From: Bacillota bacterium
Lineage (GTDB): Bacteria; Bacillota_I; Bacilli_A; RFN20; CAG-826
Direction of reading: 5' to 3'
Length of the DNA stretch: 64,000 nucleotides
Assembly: GCA_030834445.1 (NCBI GenBank)
Contig: JAURFC010000001.1
Location: 216,813-280,812, forward strand
Below, piece after piece: positions 30,407 to 40,481 of the stretch. The first letter of the stretch is position 1. Every line of letters starts with the position of its first letter. The translations under genes and the position numbers were made by a program. The notes beneath the pieces were generated by a model. That model worked only from the letters and a program-made list of their open reading frames with translations. It searched no databases and had not been told where the DNA came from.

Positions 30407-31153
30407 ATGAACCCAATTGAATATCCTATTTCACATCAAAAAAGCCTTCTGCTCTTTTTATCAGGTTGGTTAGGTTTAACATTACTTTCCTTTGTTTTTT
30501 TCTTTCTTTTTTGGGCTTTTGGAATGGTCCTTGTTGGCCAAGAACAAATCTCATTTTTTTTGCAAACGAATGCATTTTTAAGCACCGTTAATTTTTTGGT
30601 GTATCTCACTTTATTTATCTTCGCGCTTGTGACAACTTATCGAGGTTGGATTATCTGGTTACGTGAAATCATTACTTATACTCGTTGGGTTAAAGGCATC
30701 GGCTATGGTTTTTTAGTCATTATTACCGGGGCGTTGCTCGGGATACTTTATGACGTATTAGGGATCCAAACTACGGATAATGTCAATCAAGAAACCATCA
30801 ATACGCTTGTCTTAGAATTACCGATTTTGAGTTTTATCACTTTTACCTTACTAGGACCGATTGTGGAAGAATTTACGTATCGTATTGGGTTGTTTACCTA
30901 TGTTGCCAAGCGTCAGCGTTGGCTTGCTTATCTTGTTACATTAACACTTTTTGGATTCATTCACTTTAATTTTTTATCCCCGGATTTATTGAATGAATTA
31001 ATTAATCTTCCTTTTTACTTAATCGCAGGATTTTTATTTTGCTACATTTATGAAAAAGAAGGGTTTTGGGTCGTAACACTGGCGCATATTACCAATAATC
31101 TTATTTCGATATTATCCATTCTTTGGCTTGCTAGTGGAGGGCCTTCTTCATGA
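30407..31153 (+). CDS. CPBP (CAAX/Abi) family intramembrane metalloprotease
   Basis: PIVEEFTYR, FGFIH, AHITNN; start position uncertain. Confidence 0.88.
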   Translation: MNPIEYPISHQKSLLLFLSGWLGLTLLSFVFFFLFWAFGMVLVGQEQISFFLQTNAFLSTVNFLVYLTLFIFALVTTYRGWIIWLREIITYTRWVKGIGYGFLVIITGALLGILYDVLGIQTTDNVNQETINTLVLELPILSFITFTLLGPIVEEFTYRIGLFTYVAKRQRWLAYLVTLTLFGFIHFNFLSPDLLNELINLPFYLIAGFLFCYIYEKEGFWVVTLAHITNNLISILSILWLASGGPSS

Positions 31154-32001
31154 ATCAAAAACTCGATGCCTATCATTTAAAATGGATTGCCCTCATTACG
31201 ATGTTTATTGATCACACGGGAGTCATTATTTTACTACCTTTATTAGGTTCAAATAGCATTGTGTATGTTATATCACGGTTAATCGGACGTCTTGCTTTCC
31301 CCTTGTTTGCGTTTATGCTCGTGGAGGCGATGACGTATAGCCGTAATAAAGAAAAGTATGTATTACGGTTGGCTTTCATGGCGTTACTCATCGGCATCGG
31401 TATGACCGGTTTATTATGGGTCAATGTTAATGTGTTTGCAGGAAATATCTTTGTCGATCTTACCTTAGCCGCCGTCACGATTTACATGCTCAATCATCGG
31501 AAAATATGGGTCCGATTATTTGCTTTTATTCCCCTTGTCTACATCGCCGTATTACAACAAAACAACCTTACATTATCTCAGCAACTCTTTTTCTTTAATG
31601 CCATTCGTGCCGATTATGGGATTTATGGTTATACATTAATTCTATCGCTTTATCTCGCTAAAAAGATTAACCTTCATTATGAAAGAAAGCGCCTTTTAGT
31701 GGAAGCTTCTAGTGGCTATGAAACGATGGTTATACAGCAACAAAGTAATTTATATTCCGGATTAGCACTAATTGCGATCAATACGTTTTGGTATGTCTTA
31801 TTTTTACTTCAGCCAACCCAACCTCAACTTCAGTTTATGGGTGCGCAATCATACGCAATATTAACGATGTTTTTCCTGTTTTCCTATACCGGTAAAAAAG
31901 GAAAATCACCCCGTTATTTCCAACTGTTTACGTACCTTTATTACCCCCTACATTTTGTTGTGATATATTTAATTTACGAAATCATTATCGTGATTTTATA
32001 A
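31150..32001 (+). CDS. TraX family membrane protein (putative acyltransferase)
   Basis: LKWIALITMFIDH, IGRLAFPLFAF, DYG, YLYYPLH. Confidence 0.85.
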   Translation: MNQKLDAYHLKWIALITMFIDHTGVIILLPLLGSNSIVYVISRLIGRLAFPLFAFMLVEAMTYSRNKEKYVLRLAFMALLIGIGMTGLLWVNVNVFAGNIFVDLTLAAVTIYMLNHRKIWVRLFAFIPLVYIAVLQQNNLTLSQQLFFFNAIRADYGIYGYTLILSLYLAKKINLHYERKRLLVEASSGYETMVIQQQSNLYSGLALIAINTFWYVLFLLQPTQPQLQFMGAQSYAILTMFFLFSYTGKKGKSPRYFQLFTYLYYPLHFVVIYLIYEIIIVIL

Positions 32002-32010
32002 GGAGATTGT

Positions 32011-32307
32011 ATGCTCATTCAATGGTCGGGAAAAGAAGCGTTAGAAACGTTTCTTCAACAAGGAAAAGTCATCGTTGATTTTTATGCCGACTGGTGTGGT
32101 CCTTGCAAAATTCAAGGTCCTGTACTGCAATCGTTTGCTACCTCGCATCCTGAGATTACCATCGTAAAAATAAATGTGGATCAGTTTTCTGACCTTGCAG
32201 AAAAATATGGTGTCCTTTCCATTCCTACCCTCTTTGTCTTTCAAGGGGGTCAACAAATCTATAAGAAACCTGGATTTCATGCATTACCTCAATTAGAAGC
32301 GTTATAA
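32011..32307 (+). CDS. trxA: Thioredoxin
   Basis: DFYADWCGPCK, SIPT; AGGAG RBS. Confidence 0.93.
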   Translation: MLIQWSGKEALETFLQQGKVIVDFYADWCGPCKIQGPVLQSFATSHPEITIVKINVDQFSDLAEKYGVLSIPTLFVFQGGQQIYKKPGFHALPQLEAL

Positions 32308-32368
32308 ACATCACCTTCTCTTTTGCGAATAATTAAAATATGCTATGATAATTTTCGCCGATATTTAT

Positions 32369-32442
32369 GCAGGTGTAGTTCAGTGGTAGAACATCAGCCT
32401 TCCAAGCTGATTACGCGGGTTCGATTCCCGTCACCTGCTCCA
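32369..32442 (+). tRNA. tRNA-Gly(TCC)
   Basis: GCAGGTG acceptor stem, TCAGC-CTTCCAA-GCTGA anticodon arm, GGTTCGATTCC, CCA end. Confidence 0.97.
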
Positions 32443-32446
32443 ATCT

Positions 32447-32472
32447 AACAAGATAAAATCTTGTTTTTTTTT
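32447..32472 (+). terminator. Intrinsic terminator after tRNA-Gly
   Basis: AACAAGAT-AAA-ATCTTGTT plus T-run. Confidence 0.7.
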
Positions 32473-32501
32473 ACCGATTTTTTGATTACAATAACCTTAA
32501 G

Positions 32502-33122
32502 ATGAACTATGAAATAGTGATTGCCACAAACAATCAAGATAAGATAGAAGAGATTAAAGCTTACTTCACCGATTACACCGTCGATTTTTTGACGCTGAAA
32601 GACATTAAATTACGCTTAGCAGTCAATGAAACCGGGAAAACATTTCTCGAGAATGCATTAATCAAAACCAAAGCGGTAGCTAAGAGTGTCAACAAGACGA
32701 TTATCGCGGACGATTCGGGTTTACAAGTGGATGCCTTAAATGGTTTTCCTGGTGTTTTTTCAGCCCGTTGGAACGATCACTTGTCAGCCGATGAAAAAAA
32801 CCGAGAACTTTTAAAAATGATGGAACCTCATAAACTTCGCAAAGCTCAATACACATGCGCCCTTGTCATTCATTATCCCCATCAAGAAATTCGTTTTTTC
32901 GTTGGGACAACCACGGGTAAAATCACCAAGGAACCGGTGAACGGGCCGTATGGCTTTGGTTATGATCCCATTTTTTTAAGTGATGCAGTTCATCAAACGT
33001 TTTCTCAAGTTCCGATGGAAGAAAAAAACAAAATTTCACATCGTGGTCGTGCCTTAGAAAAATTAAAACTCGCGTTACTTGAAAAAAAACTCATTACGAA
33101 AGTACGTAAAAGGAATCATTAA
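32502..33122 (+). CDS. rdgB: Non-canonical purine NTP pyrophosphatase (RdgB/HAM1)
   Basis: ATNNQDK, ETGKTF.EN, ADDSGL, PGVFSAR, GFGYDPIF, KNKISHR. Confidence 0.94.
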   Translation: MNYEIVIATNNQDKIEEIKAYFTDYTVDFLTLKDIKLRLAVNETGKTFLENALIKTKAVAKSVNKTIIADDSGLQVDALNGFPGVFSARWNDHLSADEKNRELLKMMEPHKLRKAQYTCALVIHYPHQEIRFFVGTTTGKITKEPVNGPYGFGYDPIFLSDAVHQTFSQVPMEEKNKISHRGRALEKLKLALLEKKLITKVRKRNH

Positions 33123-34405
33123 TGGCGACAACAACCTGGTTTAAAATCGATAACGCGGGGAAACTTTTTCCCGCGGTCACCAACAGTCGTCGTGCCTCCT
33201 ACTTTCGTTTAGCAGTTACAATCAATGAAACCGTCGATCCCTTCGTTTTACAAAAAGCAGCAGAGTTAACGCTCAAGCGATTTCCCAACTTTAATACCCG
33301 CCTCAAAAAAGGGCTGTTTTGGTATTATCTTGAAACCCAACAACGACCGTTTAAAGTCAAACCCGAACCGAATTTTTTTGGTTCCATTTCCGAACCCAAT
33401 AATCCCCACATTCACTTAATTGAAATTTATTATCATCGCCAACGTATCGCGATTGAAATTTTTCACTCCATAACCGATGGAAGGGGTGGGATGGAATTTC
33501 TAAAAACATTAACGCTCGCTTACCTTCGCTTAAAGCATTACCCCGTATCATCGGAGGGGATCATCTTTGATGCCGATGATATCACTACCGATAATGAACT
33601 TGAAGATAGTTTTCAAGCGAAAATCAAGCCGGGTCGATCCGAATGGTTACCAACCAAAAAAGCGTATCATCTCAAAGGTGATTACTTTAATCACCACGGT
33701 CATTATTTGACCCATCTTGAAATGTCCGTAGAAACATTAAAAACCGTCGCAAAAACATATCAACTTTCGATTACAGGACTCCTCGCCTCGGTTATCATGT
33801 ATCAACTTCTTATTCAACAAAATCAAGAAAACCCTAAGGTAAGAAAGCCCATCATTCTATCTATTCCAGTCGATATGCGGAAATATCTTCCTTCCACCAC
33901 GATGAAAAATTTTGTGATGACGATTAATATTGGAAAAGTCTTTCCGATGCAAACCACCTTTGAAGAAATTGTCCAAGAAGTCCGTCAACAACTTAAAGAG
34001 GGACAATCGATTGAAAAACTTGCCCCACAAATTCGTGCGAACATGCTTGCGGAAAGAATGTTACTCCTTCGCTTTGTCCCGTTATTTGTTAAGCGCATGA
34101 TTATTCGTTCCGTGTTCAATCGGGTCGGTGAGCCTGCTTTGTCCTTAACGATGTCAAACCTTGGGCCAGTGACCATGCCTGAAAGTACAAAAAATTACTT
34201 AGAATCCTTTGAATTTATGATTTGCTCAACCAAAGTAATGCCCATTAATTTAGGGATTGTATCTTTTGGCGATCGTTTGGTGATGTCGTTTTCTCGAATC
34301 ATTACCGACCGCCACTTCATTCAAGCCATTGTCCAACAACTGACGTCAACCTTTCAAATCCCGATTCGTGTCTATGGAAATCGTTGGGAGGAAGCCAATG
34401 AGTAA
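33122..34405 (+). CDS. Alcohol acetyltransferase-like CoA-dependent acyltransferase (HxxxDG)
   Basis: WFKIDNAGK.F, FHSITDGRGG, PVDMRK, SNLG. Confidence 0.8.
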   Translation: MATTTWFKIDNAGKLFPAVTNSRRASYFRLAVTINETVDPFVLQKAAELTLKRFPNFNTRLKKGLFWYYLETQQRPFKVKPEPNFFGSISEPNNPHIHLIEIYYHRQRIAIEIFHSITDGRGGMEFLKTLTLAYLRLKHYPVSSEGIIFDADDITTDNELEDSFQAKIKPGRSEWLPTKKAYHLKGDYFNHHGHYLTHLEMSVETLKTVAKTYQLSITGLLASVIMYQLLIQQNQENPKVRKPIILSIPVDMRKYLPSTTMKNFVMTINIGKVFPMQTTFEEIVQEVRQQLKEGQSIEKLAPQIRANMLAERMLLLRFVPLFVKRMIIRSVFNRVGEPALSLTMSNLGPVTMPESTKNYLESFEFMICSTKVMPINLGIVSFGDRLVMSFSRIITDRHFIQAIVQQLTSTFQIPIRVYGNRWEEANE

Positions 34406-35090
34406 ACCCCTAATTTGTCCAAAATGTCACGTGGAAGTGGATGAATCCCATTCCCATTGCCCGGTTTGTGGTCGATTTTTAAAAGACGTTTCTCATACAG
34501 AAAAGCAATCGATCTATCCTACCCCCAATTACAAGGCACTTGAACGAAAAAATTCGACAATTCTTCAATCGATTTTTGCCTTTCCGTTATTATCTGCGCT
34601 TCTTGTGACCCTTCTGATTGATTTGCTCTTGATTCGCAATAATTTTGGCACGAGTTTTCTTGTGACATTTATCGTGTTTTATTTATGGATTTTTATTTAT
34701 CAGACACTCTTATCCAATCAAGGCGTTGGAGCAAAAATTCTTTGGCAAATCCTCGGTTTAAGTCTTTTGTTATTAATGATTGGCTTTGTCACTGAACGCA
34801 CCTTAAATACGTGGCCCCTTCAATACGTAATTCCTATTTTAATGGGGGTCGCCAATATGTTATTTTTTATCATTGTAACTATCCAACGACGCACGGATGT
34901 CATCCTCTTTCAATCGTTCGTAATGAGTTTATTGTCCATGGTTCCCTTTGGCTTGTATTTATTCGCACTCAATGCAGAGCAAATTCCCGGATTTATTGCC
35001 TTTCTTCTTGGACTGATCAATATCATTGCCTTATTCACCTACTTACGGAGAAAGTTTTTCGCGTATATTCAACGCTGGTTACACATATAA
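34398..35090 (+). CDS. Zinc-ribbon plus multi-TM protein (DUF6320-like)
   Basis: CPKC..CPVC, then several TM helices, ends RWLHI; GGGAGG RBS. Confidence 0.72.
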   Translation: MSKPLICPKCHVEVDESHSHCPVCGRFLKDVSHTEKQSIYPTPNYKALERKNSTILQSIFAFPLLSALLVTLLIDLLLIRNNFGTSFLVTFIVFYLWIFIYQTLLSNQGVGAKILWQILGLSLLLLMIGFVTERTLNTWPLQYVIPILMGVANMLFFIIVTIQRRTDVILFQSFVMSLLSMVPFGLYLFALNAEQIPGFIAFLLGLINIIALFTYLRRKFFAYIQRWLHI

Positions 35091-35120
35091 AAAAACAAGG
35101 ACAACCATCCTTGTTTTTTT
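35089..35120. terminator. Bidirectional intrinsic terminator
   Basis: AAAAAACAAGGA-CAACCA-TCCTTGTTTTTTT between convergent genes. Confidence 0.8.
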
Positions 35121-35139
35121 CATCCATTTCTAAAGTGAT

Positions 35140-36465
<1,326 letters not shown>

Positions 36466-36479
36466 TTATTATATGCTAT

Positions 36480-37964
36480 TTACTTTGAAGTTGGTAGAGA
36501 ATGACCTGAGTTTTTTTCTTTTTTAGACCGACTCAAAAAGAAATGATAAAGGGAGAAAATAGCGATGAGAATGCCTAAAACAATCAATAAGGGAATCCAA
36601 CCTTGATAAACAATACCCACGAATAAAAGCAGCGGAAATCCTAAGGGAATGGCCATCGAAGAACCATAGACGATATCATTGGTTGCCGGCGTCTTAAAAT
36701 AAGGATCTTTTTCGCGTAGTAAAGCTACACCTGTGGACGCAGTTCCTGTCATCGTTCCAAAGAAAACAAGAAACGCTTCATCGTGATAAGCAGGATAAAC
36801 ACGTTGGGAGACCCAGCGTAAATAACGGTAGGTTGCCACCGTCCCAACAACCGCAAGTAACAACAAAGTAACAATGAAGCCTGAATCCAAAACGACGGCG
36901 ATATCAATGGCCATAATACTAGCAATCATCATCACATCAAACGCAAGGCCAGCGACCCGATTTAACATAAAATCATTCGTATAAATTCGTTTCATCCACC
37001 CACGACGCAATAACGACCGTGTAATTACTTTATAAAGCATCGCTAAGAAGACGACAATTATAAAATTAAATCCATAAAGTAATCCAATTAAATTATTGAT
37101 TAAAAACGCAACGCCCGATGCCAAAATGAGTTGTTCTAATCCATAAATGACGAACCAGGCCGACAAGTATACAAAGCCAATAATCGCAATTTGAATCGTA
37201 AGTTTATCTACCGCGTCTACTAAGGGGATTTGCCCATTGCCTTCAAGGACCGTGGACTCATTGGCAGCTTCCATCGAGGTTTCTGTCGGTTCAGGTAAAC
37301 GACCTTTTCGTTTTAAGTCATTTAAATAAATCACGCCTCCAACTGAAGCAGCTAAAAAACCAAAGGCTGCAATGGATAAGCCCAGATCGATACCAAATTC
37401 AAATTGACCTGCGTTAGCAAAAATGCTGCCTACGGACAACGCTTGACCTGGCCCTTGACCGAATCCCATCGGGAGTAAAAAACCGACGAAATTTGGAATA
37501 TTGCTGAAAATAAAACTCAAGAGTATGGTGATCGTGATCCCTAAAATCCCTTGTAATAAATACGAGTTAACAATGACCATGCCACTTTTTACCGCATTGG
37601 CTTTTAAACGAACGGGGCCTTCCGTCAATTGATCAATTCCTTTTAACGTCAGCGCAGCAAAGCCAATCGCAATCGCATGATACGTAAAACCCGCTAGGAC
37701 TTCACGGGTAATGAGCGGTGTTTCATCAATGATGATGGCAAAACCCGGAATTATGCCACCTGTAAAAAAATATTTTAAAAATAACCCTAAAAAACCCCCG
37801 ATAACGGCAACAGGAAGCAGTGATTTTTTAAGCAAAGGGATACGGCGGCGAAGTACGTTCGCCAGAAGCAAGATGGCCATTAAGATACCAAATTGAACAA
37901 TGACACTCCAAAAAACGTTAAATTCCGAAAAGGGTGGAAGCGCGTTGGTGAGTAGGTAATGCAT
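36480..37964 (-). CDS. Sodium:glutamate symporter-like (GltS/ESS) transporter
   Basis: Many TM segments, GFGQGPGQA and FGTMTGTASTG re-entrant motifs, LLREKDP; AAGGAGG RBS before ATG 37964. Confidence 0.75.
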   Translation of the reverse strand: MHYLLTNALPPFSEFNVFWSVIVQFGILMAILLLANVLRRRIPLLKKSLLPVAVIGGFLGLFLKYFFTGGIIPGFAIIIDETPLITREVLAGFTYHAIAIGFAALTLKGIDQLTEGPVRLKANAVKSGMVIVNSYLLQGILGITITILLSFIFSNIPNFVGFLLPMGFGQGPGQALSVGSIFANAGQFEFGIDLGLSIAAFGFLAASVGGVIYLNDLKRKGRLPEPTETSMEAANESTVLEGNGQIPLVDAVDKLTIQIAIIGFVYLSAWFVIYGLEQLILASGVAFLINNLIGLLYGFNFIIVVFLAMLYKVITRSLLRRGWMKRIYTNDFMLNRVAGLAFDVMMIASIMAIDIAVVLDSGFIVTLLLLAVVGTVATYRYLRWVSQRVYPAYHDEAFLVFFGTMTGTASTGVALLREKDPYFKTPATNDIVYGSSMAIPLGFPLLLFVGIVYQGWIPLLIVLGILIAIFSLYHFFLSRSKKEKNSGHSLPTSK

Positions 37965-39144
37965 CTTGGTTTCCTCCTTGGGCAATGATGTATTGCAAAT
38001 AGATTAACGACGCGTACGGCGAGTAAACTCTGGGAAAGCGGAAGAGTAAGGTAGTTTCTGGATCCACATAAAGGATTAATTTTGTGCGAACTTGAATCGC
38101 ACACGAACGAAGTTCTTTAGCAGTGTAAAGGATCGTTTCATTTCTTAGGATTAATTGTACCCCATTTCGCGACATTTTTAGTTCACAAGATTGAAACGCG
38201 GATCGTCGTTTTTCTCCCGCTTTCCAAACGGAAACAAATCCTGGATAGGTCATGCTGAAATCGGTATGTTCATCAACATAATCGATAAATCGTTTCTTAT
38301 TTTCCTCATCAAGCGTCATCAAAGTATGTTTTTTCTGGTGGAAATGAACATAGCCTTGTTCATCATACGTTGCCTGCAACGTGCATTGATGACAACTAAG
38401 TACATTGTCATGAGAATAGGTCGATAAAACCCCTTGACATTGCGGACACGTAAAAAGTAGTTTATGAAGTCCTTCAGCGCATTTTTTTCCTCGATAGTGT
38501 GCGAAGGGAAAGACGGATTGATAGGCATTAACATCGAGTGCTTCATGCACGATTTGATCAAGTTCTTCTGCAGAAAGCGAAGCATATTGTTCTGGAATTA
38601 ATCGACGTTTCTCCACTATTGTGGATGGGCCAAATTTTCGATAATACGCCCAGCGAGGCGCAGATAAATAAAGGCCATGAATATTCAAGAAAATCACCGG
38701 CATCCCTAAAAACTTAATCAGACGCCCCATACCCGGCGGAATGGAAGCAGGTCCACCATGCATGGAGGCATTCCCTTCAGGAAAGATGGCGATATTGCCC
38801 CCTTCATTACGTACGGATACCATCCGTTTGACGACGGCTAAATCAGCCATCGACTTACTTTTGGGAATCGGATTGAAGAAAAATTTTAAAAACCAACTTC
38901 CTTTCCCAGAATTAAGCAGTTGTTCCGATGCGACAAAATATAAGGGTTTATCAAATAACATATCGGTAAAAATGATGTCAAATTCTGCGGTATGATTTGC
39001 TAAAACTAAATAAGGTCCCCCTTTTTTTAACGAAATCTTCTTGCGACGAAATTGATAGTAAATACGAAAAATGGGACCAAAAAAGAAGCGAAATACTTTT
39101 AAAAAGAAACCGTGATGCCAGGAAGTATAACGCTTTGACTTCAT
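37918..39144 (-). CDS. PlsC-like lysophospholipid acyltransferase with C-terminal zinc ribbon
   Basis: NHTAEFD (HX4D), IFPEG, CPQC..CHQC. Confidence 0.85.
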   Translation of the reverse strand: MKSKRYTSWHHGFFLKVFRFFFGPIFRIYYQFRRKKISLKKGGPYLVLANHTAEFDIIFTDMLFDKPLYFVASEQLLNSGKGSWFLKFFFNPIPKSKSMADLAVVKRMVSVRNEGGNIAIFPEGNASMHGGPASIPPGMGRLIKFLGMPVIFLNIHGLYLSAPRWAYYRKFGPSTIVEKRRLIPEQYASLSAEELDQIVHEALDVNAYQSVFPFAHYRGKKCAEGLHKLLFTCPQCQGVLSTYSHDNVLSCHQCTLQATYDEQGYVHFHQKKHTLMTLDEENKKRFIDYVDEHTDFSMTYPGFVSVWKAGEKRRSAFQSCELKMSRNGVQLILRNETILYTAKELRSCAIQVRTKLILYVDPETTLLFRFPRVYSPYASLIYLQYIIAQGGNQDALPTHQRASTLFGI

Positions 39145-40271
39145 GCATCAATGGGGCGAACAAACGCACTTCTTGATTTATGTTGAGTATGCTCGAAATG
39201 TTTCCAAAGGGATTGGACGTGTTGATTCGTTAATAATTCGGGTCCCGTTTCCGCATATTCAATCTTATTTTTAATCGCATTCGTTAAGGCATCGACAAAG
39301 ATTAACGAAAGTACCCCGCTATCTTTGTATTTTGGATCCACCGCTACCAAAAGCATATCAAGCACGCGACTTTGCTTAAGTTCTTTGAAAAAGGATAAAA
39401 AACCAAAGGGGAATAAATGGCCACGATGTTTTTTTAGGGCATTGACTGGAGATGGAATCATTAATCCAAAGGCGACAAGATTTTCTTCCGCATCACACAC
39501 GAGTTGAATGTAATCTAAATTCACTAACGGAATATATTGTTTGGCTAACATATCCATTAAATCTTCTTTTACAGGAACATAACCATAAAGATGGTCATAG
39601 GTTACGTTCATTAATCGAAATATTTTTTTAATATAGGGAGCTAACGTTTTAAACTTTTTATTTTTGACGCGAACCAAATGAAGTTGATTCCGTTCCATGA
39701 CACGTTGCGATATTTTGGTCAGTAATTCAGGAATCTTTTCAGGAACTTTAATACGGTATTCGTTCCACGTTGCATCTTTTTGAAAACCATATCGTTCAAA
39801 AAAGTCCACATAGTATGACGCGGTGTAAAAAGTTACGAACATATTTTTTTGTTCAAAACCTTGAGTCAATAAACCTTCTTTGTCTTGATCAGAATATCCC
39901 AAAGGACCTGCCATCTCGACAAGACCATGTTCTTTTCCATACTGTTGAACTGCATCCATGAGCGCGACGAAAACATCATAATCCTCAATGAAATCAATCC
40001 GATTAAATCGAATCCTTTTTTCCCGATATTTTTCGTTGGAAAAACGGTTGATAATTCCGGTCACACGACCAACAATTTTTCCATCTTTCTTGGCTAAAAA
40101 ACTTTTAAAATCGCAATAAGAACTTGCAGGATTTTTTGCGGGCGTTAGATTGTTGATTTCATCTTCAAAGATATAAGGAGTAAAGTAAGGATTATCACGA
40201 TACAAATGCGCAGGAAAATCAATAAAAGCGGCTAAGTCTTTTTTGGTTTTAACTTCATGAATTGTGATCAT
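39141..40271 (-). CDS. Tandem-GNAT N-acyltransferase (YghO/bacterial ceramide synthase-like family)
   Basis: FIDFP..LY..NP, FLAKKDGKIVGR, RF..IDFIED, GPLGYSDQDKEGLL..GF, ETGPEL. Confidence 0.75.
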   Translation of the reverse strand: MITIHEVKTKKDLAAFIDFPAHLYRDNPYFTPYIFEDEINNLTPAKNPASSYCDFKSFLAKKDGKIVGRVTGIINRFSNEKYREKRIRFNRIDFIEDYDVFVALMDAVQQYGKEHGLVEMAGPLGYSDQDKEGLLTQGFEQKNMFVTFYTASYYVDFFERYGFQKDATWNEYRIKVPEKIPELLTKISQRVMERNQLHLVRVKNKKFKTLAPYIKKIFRLMNVTYDHLYGYVPVKEDLMDMLAKQYIPLVNLDYIQLVCDAEENLVAFGLMIPSPVNALKKHRGHLFPFGFLSFFKELKQSRVLDMLLVAVDPKYKDSGVLSLIFVDALTNAIKNKIEYAETGPELLTNQHVQSLWKHFEHTQHKSRSAFVRPIDA

Positions 40272-40323
40272 AAAAACTTCCTTACGTATAGTTTAAAGCA
40301 TTTATGTTTTTTTGAAAATAAAG

Positions 40324-40347
40324 AAAAAAACTCACCTGCGTGAGTTT
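40324..40347 (-). terminator. Intrinsic terminator after tRNA-Ser(GCT)
   Basis: AAACTCAC-GCAG-GTGAGTTTTTTT on the minus strand. Confidence 0.75.
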
Positions 40348-40349
40348 GA

Positions 40350-40440
40350 TGGCGGAGTAGAAGGGATTTGAACCCTTGCACCGGTTTCCCGATCTAACGG
40401 TTTAGCAAACCGTCCCCTTCAGCCTCTTGGGTACTACTCC
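40350..40440 (-). tRNA. tRNA-Ser(GCT)
   Basis: GGAGTAG acceptor stem, ACGGT-TTGCTAA-ACCGT, long variable arm, GGTTCAAATCC, GCCA. Confidence 0.96.
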
Positions 40441-40481
40441 AACGCTACAAATAGTAGCATATTTACGTGGAGGAACTCAAC

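Noticed and set aside
31150-32442. TraX next to a tRNA as a sign of an integrated conjugative element
   Set aside because: No integrase, relaxase, T4SS genes or att duplication; flanking genes are housekeeping
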